Origin: Haloquadratum walsbyi C23
GTDB taxonomy: Archaea; Halobacteriota; Halobacteria; Halobacteriales; Haloferacaceae
DNA: 32,000 nucleotides
NCBI RefSeq assembly: GCF_000237865.1
Contig: NC_017459.1
Location: 1,470,001 to 1,502,000 of the forward strand
Direction: 5' to 3'
The position numbers were made by a program, and so were the translations under genes. The notes under the pieces are model-generated. The model was not told the DNA's origin. It worked only from the letters and a program-made list of their open reading frames with translations, and ran no database searches. This document shows positions 8,378 to 16,333 of the stretch, piece after piece. How positions within the stretch are numbered: position 1 is the stretch's first letter; each line of letters begins with the position of its first letter.

Positions 8378-8468
8378 TCAGATGATGATAAGCACCATGC
8401 GATCTATTCAAGAGCCGGGAGAGTGAGACATCCAGCGCTGTCGCGACACAACAAATTTTGCAGACGCC

Positions 8469-8999
8469 GTGATAAATTATCACGTGGTAAATCTCGACTC
8501 AGACGACCCGATTGATGAGACTGATATTAGACGAGAAGCTGATTGCTCAGGGCTGAACCTCTCTGGGGCTGATCTCTCAAATGCAACTCTTTCAAGCGCT
8601 GATCTTACCGGGACGGACCTCTCCGGTGCCGACCTCTCAAGAGCAAAGCTCCATGATGCGGATCTCTCCGGGGCGGACCTCTCTGGAGTTGATCTCTCAA
8701 ACGCGACTCTCTCGAGTGCTGAGCTTCCTGGGAGTGATCTTTCCGGGGCTGATCTCTCGAATGCCGACGTCTCTGGTGCTGACCTCCCGAGGACAGACCT
8801 TTCGGGTGCCACGCTCATTGATGCTGATCTCACCAAAGCAGACCTCTCTGAGAGCGATCTTACCGATGCTGACTTGCGTAATGCAAATCTATACACAGCG
8901 AGAGTCAATCAAATAACCATACGACGCTCAGAGGGGGTATTTGCCTCCTTTGCTGAACTCAAACAAAAGGGAGCAGTGCGTGAACGTGATCATGATTGA
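8469..8999 (+). CDS. Pentapeptide-repeat protein
   Basis: 176 codons with a GTG start. About 24 consecutive A(D/N)LSx-type pentapeptides (ADLSN ATLSS ADLTG TDLSG ...), with an internal ~42-aa duplication. Confidence 0.8.
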   Translation: MINYHVVNLDSDDPIDETDIRREADCSGLNLSGADLSNATLSSADLTGTDLSGADLSRAKLHDADLSGADLSGVDLSNATLSSAELPGSDLSGADLSNADVSGADLPRTDLSGATLIDADLTKADLSESDLTDADLRNANLYTARVNQITIRRSEGVFASFAELKQKGAVRERDHD

Positions 9000-9127
9000 T
9001 GTGAGCGCTTTCAGGCTCCCTCAGATGGAGGGGACTAACTCTGATGATGATTGGATTCACACAGATATCACAGAAGATTTTGTGTACATGTTCATGACCA
9101 GTTTTCGGGAATCCATCCGATAACAAG

Positions 9128-9177
9128 GTAAACTGCCTCGGGGTCACATCAAATCCCCGTGGCATCCGCCTTGTAAC
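9128..9177 (-). repeat. Solo IS200/IS605 (IS1341-type) right-end hairpin module
   Basis: Stem TGCCTCGGGG 9134-9143 / CCCCGTGGCA 9155-9164 (one mismatch) with an 11-nt loop. It ends CCCCGAGGCAGTTTAC on the minus strand and is homologous to 4127-4183. No tnpB coding sequence is adjacent. Confidence 0.55.
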
Positions 9178-9383
9178 TCTGTGAAATAAATTGTATCATC
9201 ATCACTCACCGCTGAGATGGTAATATCTTGAAGACGGTGATTATCTTCGGTGGTGAGGTCACTCTATAGGTCATCTCCGACTACAGGTGTCATACTGACG
9301 GTCATTGTTTCATCAGATCCGATAATTACTGAATATAAATCGTATATTCAGCATTTATACCATATCCGCAAGAATACAGGAAT

Positions 9384-10469
9384 ATGACTACTTCGGAGAA
9401 GTATCGGAGTGATCTGTTAATAGAAGTCATTGCCGAGCGGCTTCAATTCGACCGGATTTCAGAGGTTCTTCCGGGGTCAGTGTACCCGCCATATCTGTTA
9501 GTTACTATTGGACTATTCATTGAATACGGCGTGTTTGATGTGTACAATTTCGTTGTGTCTGGCAAGAGTTCATTTCTCAGCCAGCCAAATTCGCTTGCGA
9601 TTCCGGCGATGACGATCATCGGTGTAATTGGACTCAAATACATTCATGATAGCTATGCTGACGCCGTCGTGAACTTGGGTATCGAAGAGGAAAATATTGA
9701 TATTGACGAGACGATTCGAAATGAGTTTGAGGGGCTCGTCTCGTTCCGGCTTCGTCTACTCGGGTATGTGGCGACACTTCTTGCCTTTTATGCTTTTTCT
9801 GTTTTTGTGATTACAATTTCTGAACTCATTGAGATTAGTGGAATCGGATTAGTTTTGTATGCTCAACTCGTTGACTTCCCGCTGATCATTGTTCCTGTTC
9901 TATACGAGCTTGGTATCTCGTATTTAGCTATTCATATCAATGTGCCTCGGCGAATTGTCAAAGCGGACTTCGGGCTGTTTTATTATGACCCGGAAAATTT
10001 AGGCGGATTCAAACCGGTTGGTCAGCTACTTAAACGTTCATATTATCTTTACACGATAATTTTGCTATTGTGGTTTCTACAATCACACACGCCAGTATTG
10101 CTAGCGGACTTTCTCATGAGTCCGTATCCCCCTCCAGGACCGGTGTTTCAACTTGCGCTATCAGGAGTATGGGCAGTTGGGGTACTGACAATTGCATACT
10201 CAATGTATCGAACTCACTCTATAATGAAGCAAAAAAAAGACACAAAATTACGCGAACTCAAACGCGAACTCAAAACTGCAGTCAAGGACCCATATGATGC
10301 GACGCTCACGAATATTGATGACCGTGAGCAATATGAGGAAGCTCAAGAAATGATATCACATGTCAAAAATACGCAAACGTATCCAACCACATTCACGATG
10401 TGGTCGCAGATATTTCTCAGTGTTTTACTCCCACAGGCGCTGAATATGGTCGTTCAACTTCCTAGCTAA
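9384..10469 (+). CDS. Hypothetical multi-pass membrane protein with a charged C-terminal coiled segment
   Basis: 361-codon ORF with ATG start and 6-8 hydrophobic segments, followed by KQKKDTKLRELKRELKTAVKD. AT-rich codon usage by eye. I recognise no family. Confidence 0.6.
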   Translation: MTTSEKYRSDLLIEVIAERLQFDRISEVLPGSVYPPYLLVTIGLFIEYGVFDVYNFVVSGKSSFLSQPNSLAIPAMTIIGVIGLKYIHDSYADAVVNLGIEEENIDIDETIRNEFEGLVSFRLRLLGYVATLLAFYAFSVFVITISELIEISGIGLVLYAQLVDFPLIIVPVLYELGISYLAIHINVPRRIVKADFGLFYYDPENLGGFKPVGQLLKRSYYLYTIILLLWFLQSHTPVLLADFLMSPYPPPGPVFQLALSGVWAVGVLTIAYSMYRTHSIMKQKKDTKLRELKRELKTAVKDPYDATLTNIDDREQYEEAQEMISHVKNTQTYPTTFTMWSQIFLSVLLPQALNMVVQLPS

Positions 10470-10501
10470 GGCACTCCTGGTACCTGCTATGTTGTTACTC
10501 C

Positions 10502-10557
10502 CTCAGTACTCAGTACTCAGCACTCAGCACTCAGCACTCAGCACTCAGCACTCAGCA
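10502..10557. repeat. Heptanucleotide tandem repeat (2 x CTCAGTA + 6 x CTCAGCA)
   Basis: Eight perfect head-to-tail 7-nt units, read directly, in the convergent intergenic space between 9384-10469 and the SMR gene. Confidence 0.95.
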
Positions 10558-10662
10558 TTGCAGATGGATTTACCCTCAAACGCTTGGAGGTGCGAGAGCT
10601 ATTGCTGCCTGTCAGCTTGCAGCAACCGCTTAATCATGCTCATGTTGTATCTCTCAATCCGA

Positions 10663-10986
10663 TCATTGACCGCCCGAAATAAGATGAAGCCCAACAATCC
10701 CAACAAGAATTAAACTGATGAATCCGATCCGAGCCATAGTCGCAGGCTCATCAAACAAAATAATTCCAAATGAAGCCGTCCCAACAGCGCCGATACCAGT
10801 CCAGACAGCATACGCTGTGCCTATCGGGAGATCTTGAACTGCTCGCGCTAACAAAATCATACTGATGATGAGAGAGATAGCAGTACCGAGGGTCGGGAGT
10901 GGTTTTGAGAATCCATCTGAATATTCGAGTCCGATTGCCCATCCAATCTCGAATAGTCCAGCCAATATCAACAAAGTCCACGACAT
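10663..10986 (-). CDS. sugE: SMR-family small multidrug-resistance protein, SugE/Gdx-like (guanidinium/quaternary cation exporter)
   Basis: 107 aa with 4 TM helices. It has the conserved membrane Glu in FEIGWAIGL and the [16 protein letters not shown] motif typical of the SugE subgroup. Confidence 0.85.
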   Translation of the reverse strand: MSWTLLILAGLFEIGWAIGLEYSDGFSKPLPTLGTAISLIISMILLARAVQDLPIGTAYAVWTGIGAVGTASFGIILFDEPATMARIGFISLILVGIVGLHLISGGQ

Positions 10987-11249
10987 ATCAACAATTACTC
11001 ATTAACACAATCGAAGTATACGCGTGATACCCATCGGTTCAGCTTGAGTCGATATCGAAAGTAACCTTCCTGTCGGTTTGATACTTTCTCTACATTGATT
11101 ACTATCAGTGGAGAGTCAACGCAGGGTTGTGGATGAAACAATCGAAAGTGAGCCTATCAAAGTCCTGGCAGCCACAACAGAGGCGGACAATATACGATAT
11201 TGATGAATAGCGGCACTGAAGTGAATACTATAGATAAAATTCCCACTGA

Positions 11250-11357
11250 TAGTGATTAGTTCGAATAGTTTCACTGACGGTGTCGAATGACGCGGATTCA
11301 GCGGCTCCCATCACCGACACGGATAATCACGGCGGTAAAGACTTGCACTAATCACTA
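11250..11357 (-). mobile_element. MITE family A copy 2 (108 bp, inverted)
   Basis: TAGTGATTAG ... CTAATCACTA flanked by TGA at 11247-11249 and 11358-11360, which is TCA in element orientation. It ends 111 bp upstream of the MFS start. ORF 11287-11472 through it is spurious. Confidence 0.85.
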
Positions 11358-11468
11358 TGAGGGCATCGTAGATATTCGTCTTAGCACCTCACTCCTGTCA
11401 TCCAGTTGTTTGGAATGTCGCGAACGTCCAACTAAATATAATTCCCGCCCTGCTAGCACTATCATCAC

Positions 11469-12701
11469 ATGAGTTCGCAGTCCAAAACGGGCACCTCTAC
11501 AGTCGATACGGAGCGGATTCTTCTTGGGAGTGTGGTGTTTGCTGTTCTGTTTCTTCAGTTGTTGGTCTATCCAGGGGTTGACATGCTGGTAACTGCGCTG
11601 GGCGCTCCTGTCGTTCTTAGGGGGAGTACGTGGTTCCTAGCAGCCGAACTGGGGGCATCAGTTCTGTTTGTCTGGGTTTGGGGACTGATTAGCGATGCGA
11701 GGAGAGTTCGAGTGCCACTGTTGCGACTCGGCGCACTTCTAGCAGCCGCGAGTTATGGCGGACTGGCTATCATTCCGCAAGTGGTGATAATCCCGTTTTC
11801 GGGTGCGCTGGCAATCCGCGCCATTCAAGGAGCGGCCACTATTGGGGTGTTGTCGCTTGCAATGACGATGTTGATGGATCTGCCAGGCGGGCATGGTCGG
11901 AACATGGGCGCTGCCGGAATCGCCATCGGCTCGGGTACCGCGCTAGGGGCACCAACCGGTGGGTTGCTGTATGGGCAAGGACCGTTCGTCCCGCTGGCGA
12001 CGGCAGCAATGCTTGCGGTGGTCATTGCATTGCTGTCGACGCAACTCGTCGATCGCATTCCGGCTTCTGGGAATCAGAGTCGACAAACCTCGAAGACAAT
12101 TATAACCATTGTTAATCGCATTCGCGAAACGCCGGAACTGCTCATCCCATATGCGTTCGGCTTCATTGATCGGTTGTCCGCCGGCGTATTTGCGCTGGCG
12201 GGGACACTATATTTTCGGACAGTTTTCAATTTATCACCAGCCGCGACAGGAGCAATGTTGTTCTTATTTTTTGGACCATTTGCGCTGTTCCAGTATCCGT
12301 TTGGTTCGCTGTCGGACCGGCTTGGTCGGGCGTTCCCGATTGTGTTCGGCTCGATTGGCTATGGGTTCAGCGTAATCGCGGTCGGGTTGGCACCGACAGT
12401 GACAATTGTTGGCGTTGCAATGGTGACGGTTGGTGTTGTCGGCGCGCTTATGTCCCCGGCGACGATGGCGCTAGTAACCGATCTCGCAAGCGAAGCTGAC
12501 CGTGGCGTTGCGATGGCTGGATTCAACGCTACCGGCAGTATCGGCTTTCTCACTGGAGTGATACTTGCGGGAACCGTCGCTGGCGCTACTGGGTTCACCA
12601 CGGTGTTTGTCCTCGCTGGCGCGGTCGAAGTCACACTTGCCGCGATAGCTGCTCCGGCTGTGTTTCGGCTTGCCTCGCCACGCACTGAAAAGCAGTCATA
12701 A
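11469..12701 (+). CDS. MFS transporter
   Basis: 410 aa with about 12 hydrophobic helices. GLISDARRVRVPLL between TM2 and TM3 resembles MFS motif A. Confidence 0.8.
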   Translation: MSSQSKTGTSTVDTERILLGSVVFAVLFLQLLVYPGVDMLVTALGAPVVLRGSTWFLAAELGASVLFVWVWGLISDARRVRVPLLRLGALLAAASYGGLAIIPQVVIIPFSGALAIRAIQGAATIGVLSLAMTMLMDLPGGHGRNMGAAGIAIGSGTALGAPTGGLLYGQGPFVPLATAAMLAVVIALLSTQLVDRIPASGNQSRQTSKTIITIVNRIRETPELLIPYAFGFIDRLSAGVFALAGTLYFRTVFNLSPAATGAMLFLFFGPFALFQYPFGSLSDRLGRAFPIVFGSIGYGFSVIAVGLAPTVTIVGVAMVTVGVVGALMSPATMALVTDLASEADRGVAMAGFNATGSIGFLTGVILAGTVAGATGFTTVFVLAGAVEVTLAAIAAPAVFRLASPRTEKQS

Positions 12702-12820
12702 CTCTGATGTCGATACTCATCCACCCGTGGCGATTACCGCTAGACTGTACGGCGGTGACACATACATATGAAATAAATTCTGATTCCACACATACCTCCA
12801 GGGGGCAAAGACTAAGATGT

Positions 12821-13180
12821 TTTAGGTCGACCTAAAGAGCGATGGAGCATACTCACCGCTACCACGCTTACCCGACACAAGAGGTAGCGGAGAGACTGGA
12901 ATAGTATATTGACGTTCATCGCCAAGCGTACAATTACGCCCTGTCCGTCTCCGTCGTATGTGTTCGAGTATGACCGTGATGCGAACGCGTCGTTGAACAT
13001 TTTAGAACGGCGGTTTTTTCTGAACGAGGGGATGGTTCGGAGACACACCCGTGGAGACTGCGCTCCTTACGGATACCCATTCAGTATCTATAAAGCGCGT
13101 CGTAGAAACAGAAAGCCTCGGGGCTTTAATATTGATTTTGATGGTGATGTTGATGTGGATGTGACCCCGAGGCGATTCAC
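12821..13180 (+). mobile_element. Internally deleted, non-autonomous IS200/IS605 (IS1341-type) element (tnpB pseudogene keeping the N-terminus, RuvC-III tail and right end; PATE-like)
   Basis: Perfect 16-bp palindrome TTTAGGTCGACCTAAA at 12821-12836. From 12842 the sequence reads MEHTHRYHAYPTQEVAERLE(stop)YIDVHRQAYNYAL, which is TnpB N-terminus-like. This is fused to CPSPSYVFEYDRDANASLNILERR (DRDxNAxxNI RuvC-III). After a frameshift it reads GDTPVETALLTDTHSVSIKRVVETESLGAL. The right-end hairpin is 13115-13123 / 13165-13173, ending GATTCAC at 13180. Confidence 0.8.
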
Positions 13181-13287
13181 ACCCATATCGATGACATCCA
13201 TATCGGTATTGCTGGGTCAATGGGCAGTATAGCGCTGTGCTCGATAACGTATTTAATCGTTGCAAGATAGTATCAAATTATATTTGA

Positions 13288-14652
13288 ATGGCAATTTTAG
13301 ATGATCTCTCTGGATTCGAGTTTGAGGATCTGATGGAGGATGTATTCCGCAATCTTGGATATGAAAATGTTCGACAGGCCGCACGGACGGCTGATGAGGG
13401 GCGAGATATCATCATGGAGGAAGTGATCAACGGCACCCACCGTGCAATTATCATTGAGTGCAAGCACACGGCAACAGTCGGTCGACCAGTTGTCCAGAAA
13501 CTTCACTCCGCTATTGCGACGTTCGACTTTGACGGTCCAAAGCGCGGAATGGTCGTGACAACTGGTCGATTTACAAATCCTGCCGAAGAATATGCAGGAG
13601 ACCTCCAGCAGAGCGACGATCCCTATCCGATTGAATTGATCGACGGTGAGGGTCTCCGAGAGATTGCGGACGACATTGGTCTTGATCTCTATAATGGGCG
13701 CATCGAAATCCTTTGTCAGGAGACGCTCCGTCCATATGACCCCGCGGTTGATATTGATGCACCTGTTCAAGAAGCGTTCCGCGATATTAACAACATCAAC
13801 ACCGCGGAAGTCCCAACACCGCATTCACAGGTATCTTTCCGTCCGGTAGTCACAATCACTGCCAACACGAACGCTGTCTTCGAAACTTCTGTCGGCGTCA
13901 TCCATCAAATCAACGACAGCACGCAATTTGTTATCCACGCTGAGCGCGGTCATCCGAAGGTAGTTGACGACGATGTTGGGACGCTGGTCACAGAGAACTT
14001 CCACGCAACGGTTACCCTCGATATCGGGGAATTCACCGAGAGTTTCGATGACGTTGAGGAGCATCGATTCGGTCAAACCCAGACGGAATACAAAGAGTGG
14101 GCTGTCGACCATCTCAAAGATTACCACACAACCACAGTGACCTACACTGGTGATAATAATGTAACATATAATAAGACGTGTGAGCCGAATCGTTCGGATA
14201 TCTCCGTTCAGTCAATTGAACCAGTATATCTCCCTGTGATTCGACAGACGACCGAACTGAGAGAATACTCATATCCACATGAATACTATGCTGCTGGTCC
14301 CTCACGGGTCACGCTGGAGGATGGGATTCACCGGTGTGTTCACTGTGATACGACTGGCGTCGACGAGACCTATACCTACTGTCCAAACTGCGGGGCAATC
14401 GCCTGCAATCGCCACATCAAAACCGAACGGCTGGAAGAAAAGCCAGTCTGTACGGGTTGTGCAGTGACCGAACGATTTGCGCTACAAACAAAGTATTTCT
14501 ATGATACAGAAAATCTCAATACATTCCGTGAGGAGTACGCTGATATGCCGTTTTATCAGAAAGCGATGGAGAACACATGGTTGGTTGGAGCCAGCACAGT
14601 CACAATCTTGTTGTTCATCGTTGGTCTCTTTATTATCGGTGGAATCCTGTAA
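13288..14652 (+). CDS. Mrr-type (PD-(D/E)xK) restriction-endonuclease domain fused to an unknown central domain, a double CxxC zinc ribbon and a C-terminal membrane anchor
   Basis: The N-terminal 125 aa, LSGFEFEDLMEDVFRNLGYENV...ADEGRDIIMEE...AIIIECKH...VVTTGRFT, match the Mrr_cat layout (D...ExK). Zinc ribbon: CVHCDTTG..YCPNCG and CNRH..CTGC at about aa 345-390. The terminal WLVGASTVTILLFIVGLFIIGGIL is a TM helix. Confidence 0.75.
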   Translation: MAILDDLSGFEFEDLMEDVFRNLGYENVRQAARTADEGRDIIMEEVINGTHRAIIIECKHTATVGRPVVQKLHSAIATFDFDGPKRGMVVTTGRFTNPAEEYAGDLQQSDDPYPIELIDGEGLREIADDIGLDLYNGRIEILCQETLRPYDPAVDIDAPVQEAFRDINNINTAEVPTPHSQVSFRPVVTITANTNAVFETSVGVIHQINDSTQFVIHAERGHPKVVDDDVGTLVTENFHATVTLDIGEFTESFDDVEEHRFGQTQTEYKEWAVDHLKDYHTTTVTYTGDNNVTYNKTCEPNRSDISVQSIEPVYLPVIRQTTELREYSYPHEYYAAGPSRVTLEDGIHRCVHCDTTGVDETYTYCPNCGAIACNRHIKTERLEEKPVCTGCAVTERFALQTKYFYDTENLNTFREEYADMPFYQKAMENTWLVGASTVTILLFIVGLFIIGGIL

Positions 14653-14780
14653 ACAAACCTGATCCCATTGAGTCTCATATTATTGGTGAAAAGTCAGGCA
14701 CTTGCAGCGAGATTTTGAGACTTCTCTGCGGCTGATCTTGGGGGAGTATTTTATTTAGTGTCTGCATCATAATACAATCG

Positions 14781-16241
14781 GTGAGCGGAACTAGGACCCA
14801 ACTTGAACGCACGCTCGGACTTAAGGAAGCTTTGACTATTGGCGTCGGAACCATGATTGGGGCGGGCATCTTTGTCCTTCCAGGTCCAGCAGCCGCCCTC
14901 GCCGGACCTGCAGCAGTCGTTGCATTCGTCGCTGCAGGCGGAATTGCAGTTCTAACCGCACTCTCAGCGAGTGAACTCGCCACTGCAATGCCAGCCTCCG
15001 GTGGTCCATATCATTTTATTAATCAGGGGTTGGGTCCTATCTTCGGAAGTATCGCTGGGTTAGGCAACTGGCTCGGGTTGGCGTTTGCAACGGCATTCTA
15101 CGCAATTGGATTCGGCAATTACGTCGCACCACTAGTATCAGGGATAGGGATAGGGATACTTCCACCTCTCGGCGTCAGTGCCATACCGATCTCCGCGGCT
15201 CAGCTGAGTGGACTCGTCGCTGCAGCCGTTTTTATTGGTGTCAATTATCTCAGTACAAAGGGAACCGGCGATCTGCAGAATATAATCGTCATTGTTTTAG
15301 TTGGGATTCTTAGCTTGTTCATTCTCCTCGGTGCCACTCAGGCTGACATCGCAACGCTCCGTCCCATATTTCCTGAAGGAGTTGAATCAATCTTTCCAGC
15401 CATTGCGCTGGTATTCGTCTCATATCTTGGATTTGCCCAAGTAGCCACTGTCGCCGGCGAAATCAAGCATCCTGGAACAAATCTCCCACAAGCAATGGTT
15501 GGTGGCGTTTTCTTTGTCATGATTATCTATGCGGTGTCGATGGTCATTCTACTCGGCGTCGTTGAGCGCCCTGTTATCGCTGGGTCCGGGACAGCAATCG
15601 CGGATAGTGCAGCCGTTGTCTTCGGCGCGTTTGGAGGCGGTGTCATCGGCGTTGGTTTGCTCACATTTGGTGGGCTGTTAGCAACCGCCTCGTCGGCGAA
15701 CGCATCAGTGCTATCAGCTTCTCGTATCAATTATGCAATGGGGCGGGACGGTCTGATGGACGCGCGACTCTCAGTCATTCACGACCGGTTTGACACACCT
15801 TACCGCTCTATCCTGCTGACCGGCGGGCTCATTCTGTTGCTTATTATCGTGGGAGAGGTCAATAGTCTCGCTCGAGCGGGGAGTGTTCTACATTTATTGG
15901 TGTATGGTCTGTTGAATGTCTCGCTTATCGTTTTTCGGGAGAGTAATACTGGCGATTATGATCCGGGGTTCACAGTCCCATTTTATCCGGTACTTCCGGC
16001 ACTAGGTGCCATTGCTTCATTTGGACTCATTGGATTCATGCAATTATCGGAGATACTGCTTGCTACCGGGGTTGTTGCTGGGGGCGCTATCTGGTATGTC
16101 CTATATGTCCGTCATCGCGTTGTGGACACCAGTGCGCTAGCGGTGTACCGCGGCGCAGTCCCACTTGAGATCGAAGTCGAGGTGGAATTTGACTTCGACA
16201 CCCCATCGAAGCGAACTGAAGAGGTAGCAGAAGATGACTAA
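14781..16241 (+). CDS. APC-superfamily amino-acid permease
   Basis: 486 aa with a GTG start. The N-terminal LGLKEALTIGVGTMIGAGIFVLPG signature, about 12 TM helices and an acidic C-terminal tail (EIEVEVEFDFD). Confidence 0.85.
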   Translation: MSGTRTQLERTLGLKEALTIGVGTMIGAGIFVLPGPAAALAGPAAVVAFVAAGGIAVLTALSASELATAMPASGGPYHFINQGLGPIFGSIAGLGNWLGLAFATAFYAIGFGNYVAPLVSGIGIGILPPLGVSAIPISAAQLSGLVAAAVFIGVNYLSTKGTGDLQNIIVIVLVGILSLFILLGATQADIATLRPIFPEGVESIFPAIALVFVSYLGFAQVATVAGEIKHPGTNLPQAMVGGVFFVMIIYAVSMVILLGVVERPVIAGSGTAIADSAAVVFGAFGGGVIGVGLLTFGGLLATASSANASVLSASRINYAMGRDGLMDARLSVIHDRFDTPYRSILLTGGLILLLIIVGEVNSLARAGSVLHLLVYGLLNVSLIVFRESNTGDYDPGFTVPFYPVLPALGAIASFGLIGFMQLSEILLATGVVAGGAIWYVLYVRHRVVDTSALAVYRGAVPLEIEVEVEFDFDTPSKRTEEVAEDD

Positions 16242-16333
16242 CAACTCGTTATGTATCAGAAGTCGGCAGCAAACACTCGTGTGTGATCATCCATGCACCC
16301 AGAAATTTCACCTGTGGATATTACCTACCAATT

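Noticed and set aside
8480-8916. ORFs 8480-8908 (-) and 8581-8916 (+) inside the pentapeptide-repeat gene
   Set aside because: These are frame and antisense shadows created by the 15-nt periodic repeat. The SERSAPERS-type and similar translations are artefacts.
10502-10557. CRISPR array
   Set aside because: The units are 7 nt and contiguous without spacers, so this is a microsatellite. No other regularly spaced repeats appear in the window.
10987-11249. Guanidine riboswitch upstream of the SugE/Gdx-like gene
   Set aside because: I saw no paired ACGR-loop hairpins (mini-ykkC) or ykkC-like conserved stretches. Such riboswitches are bacterial, and I know of none described in archaea.
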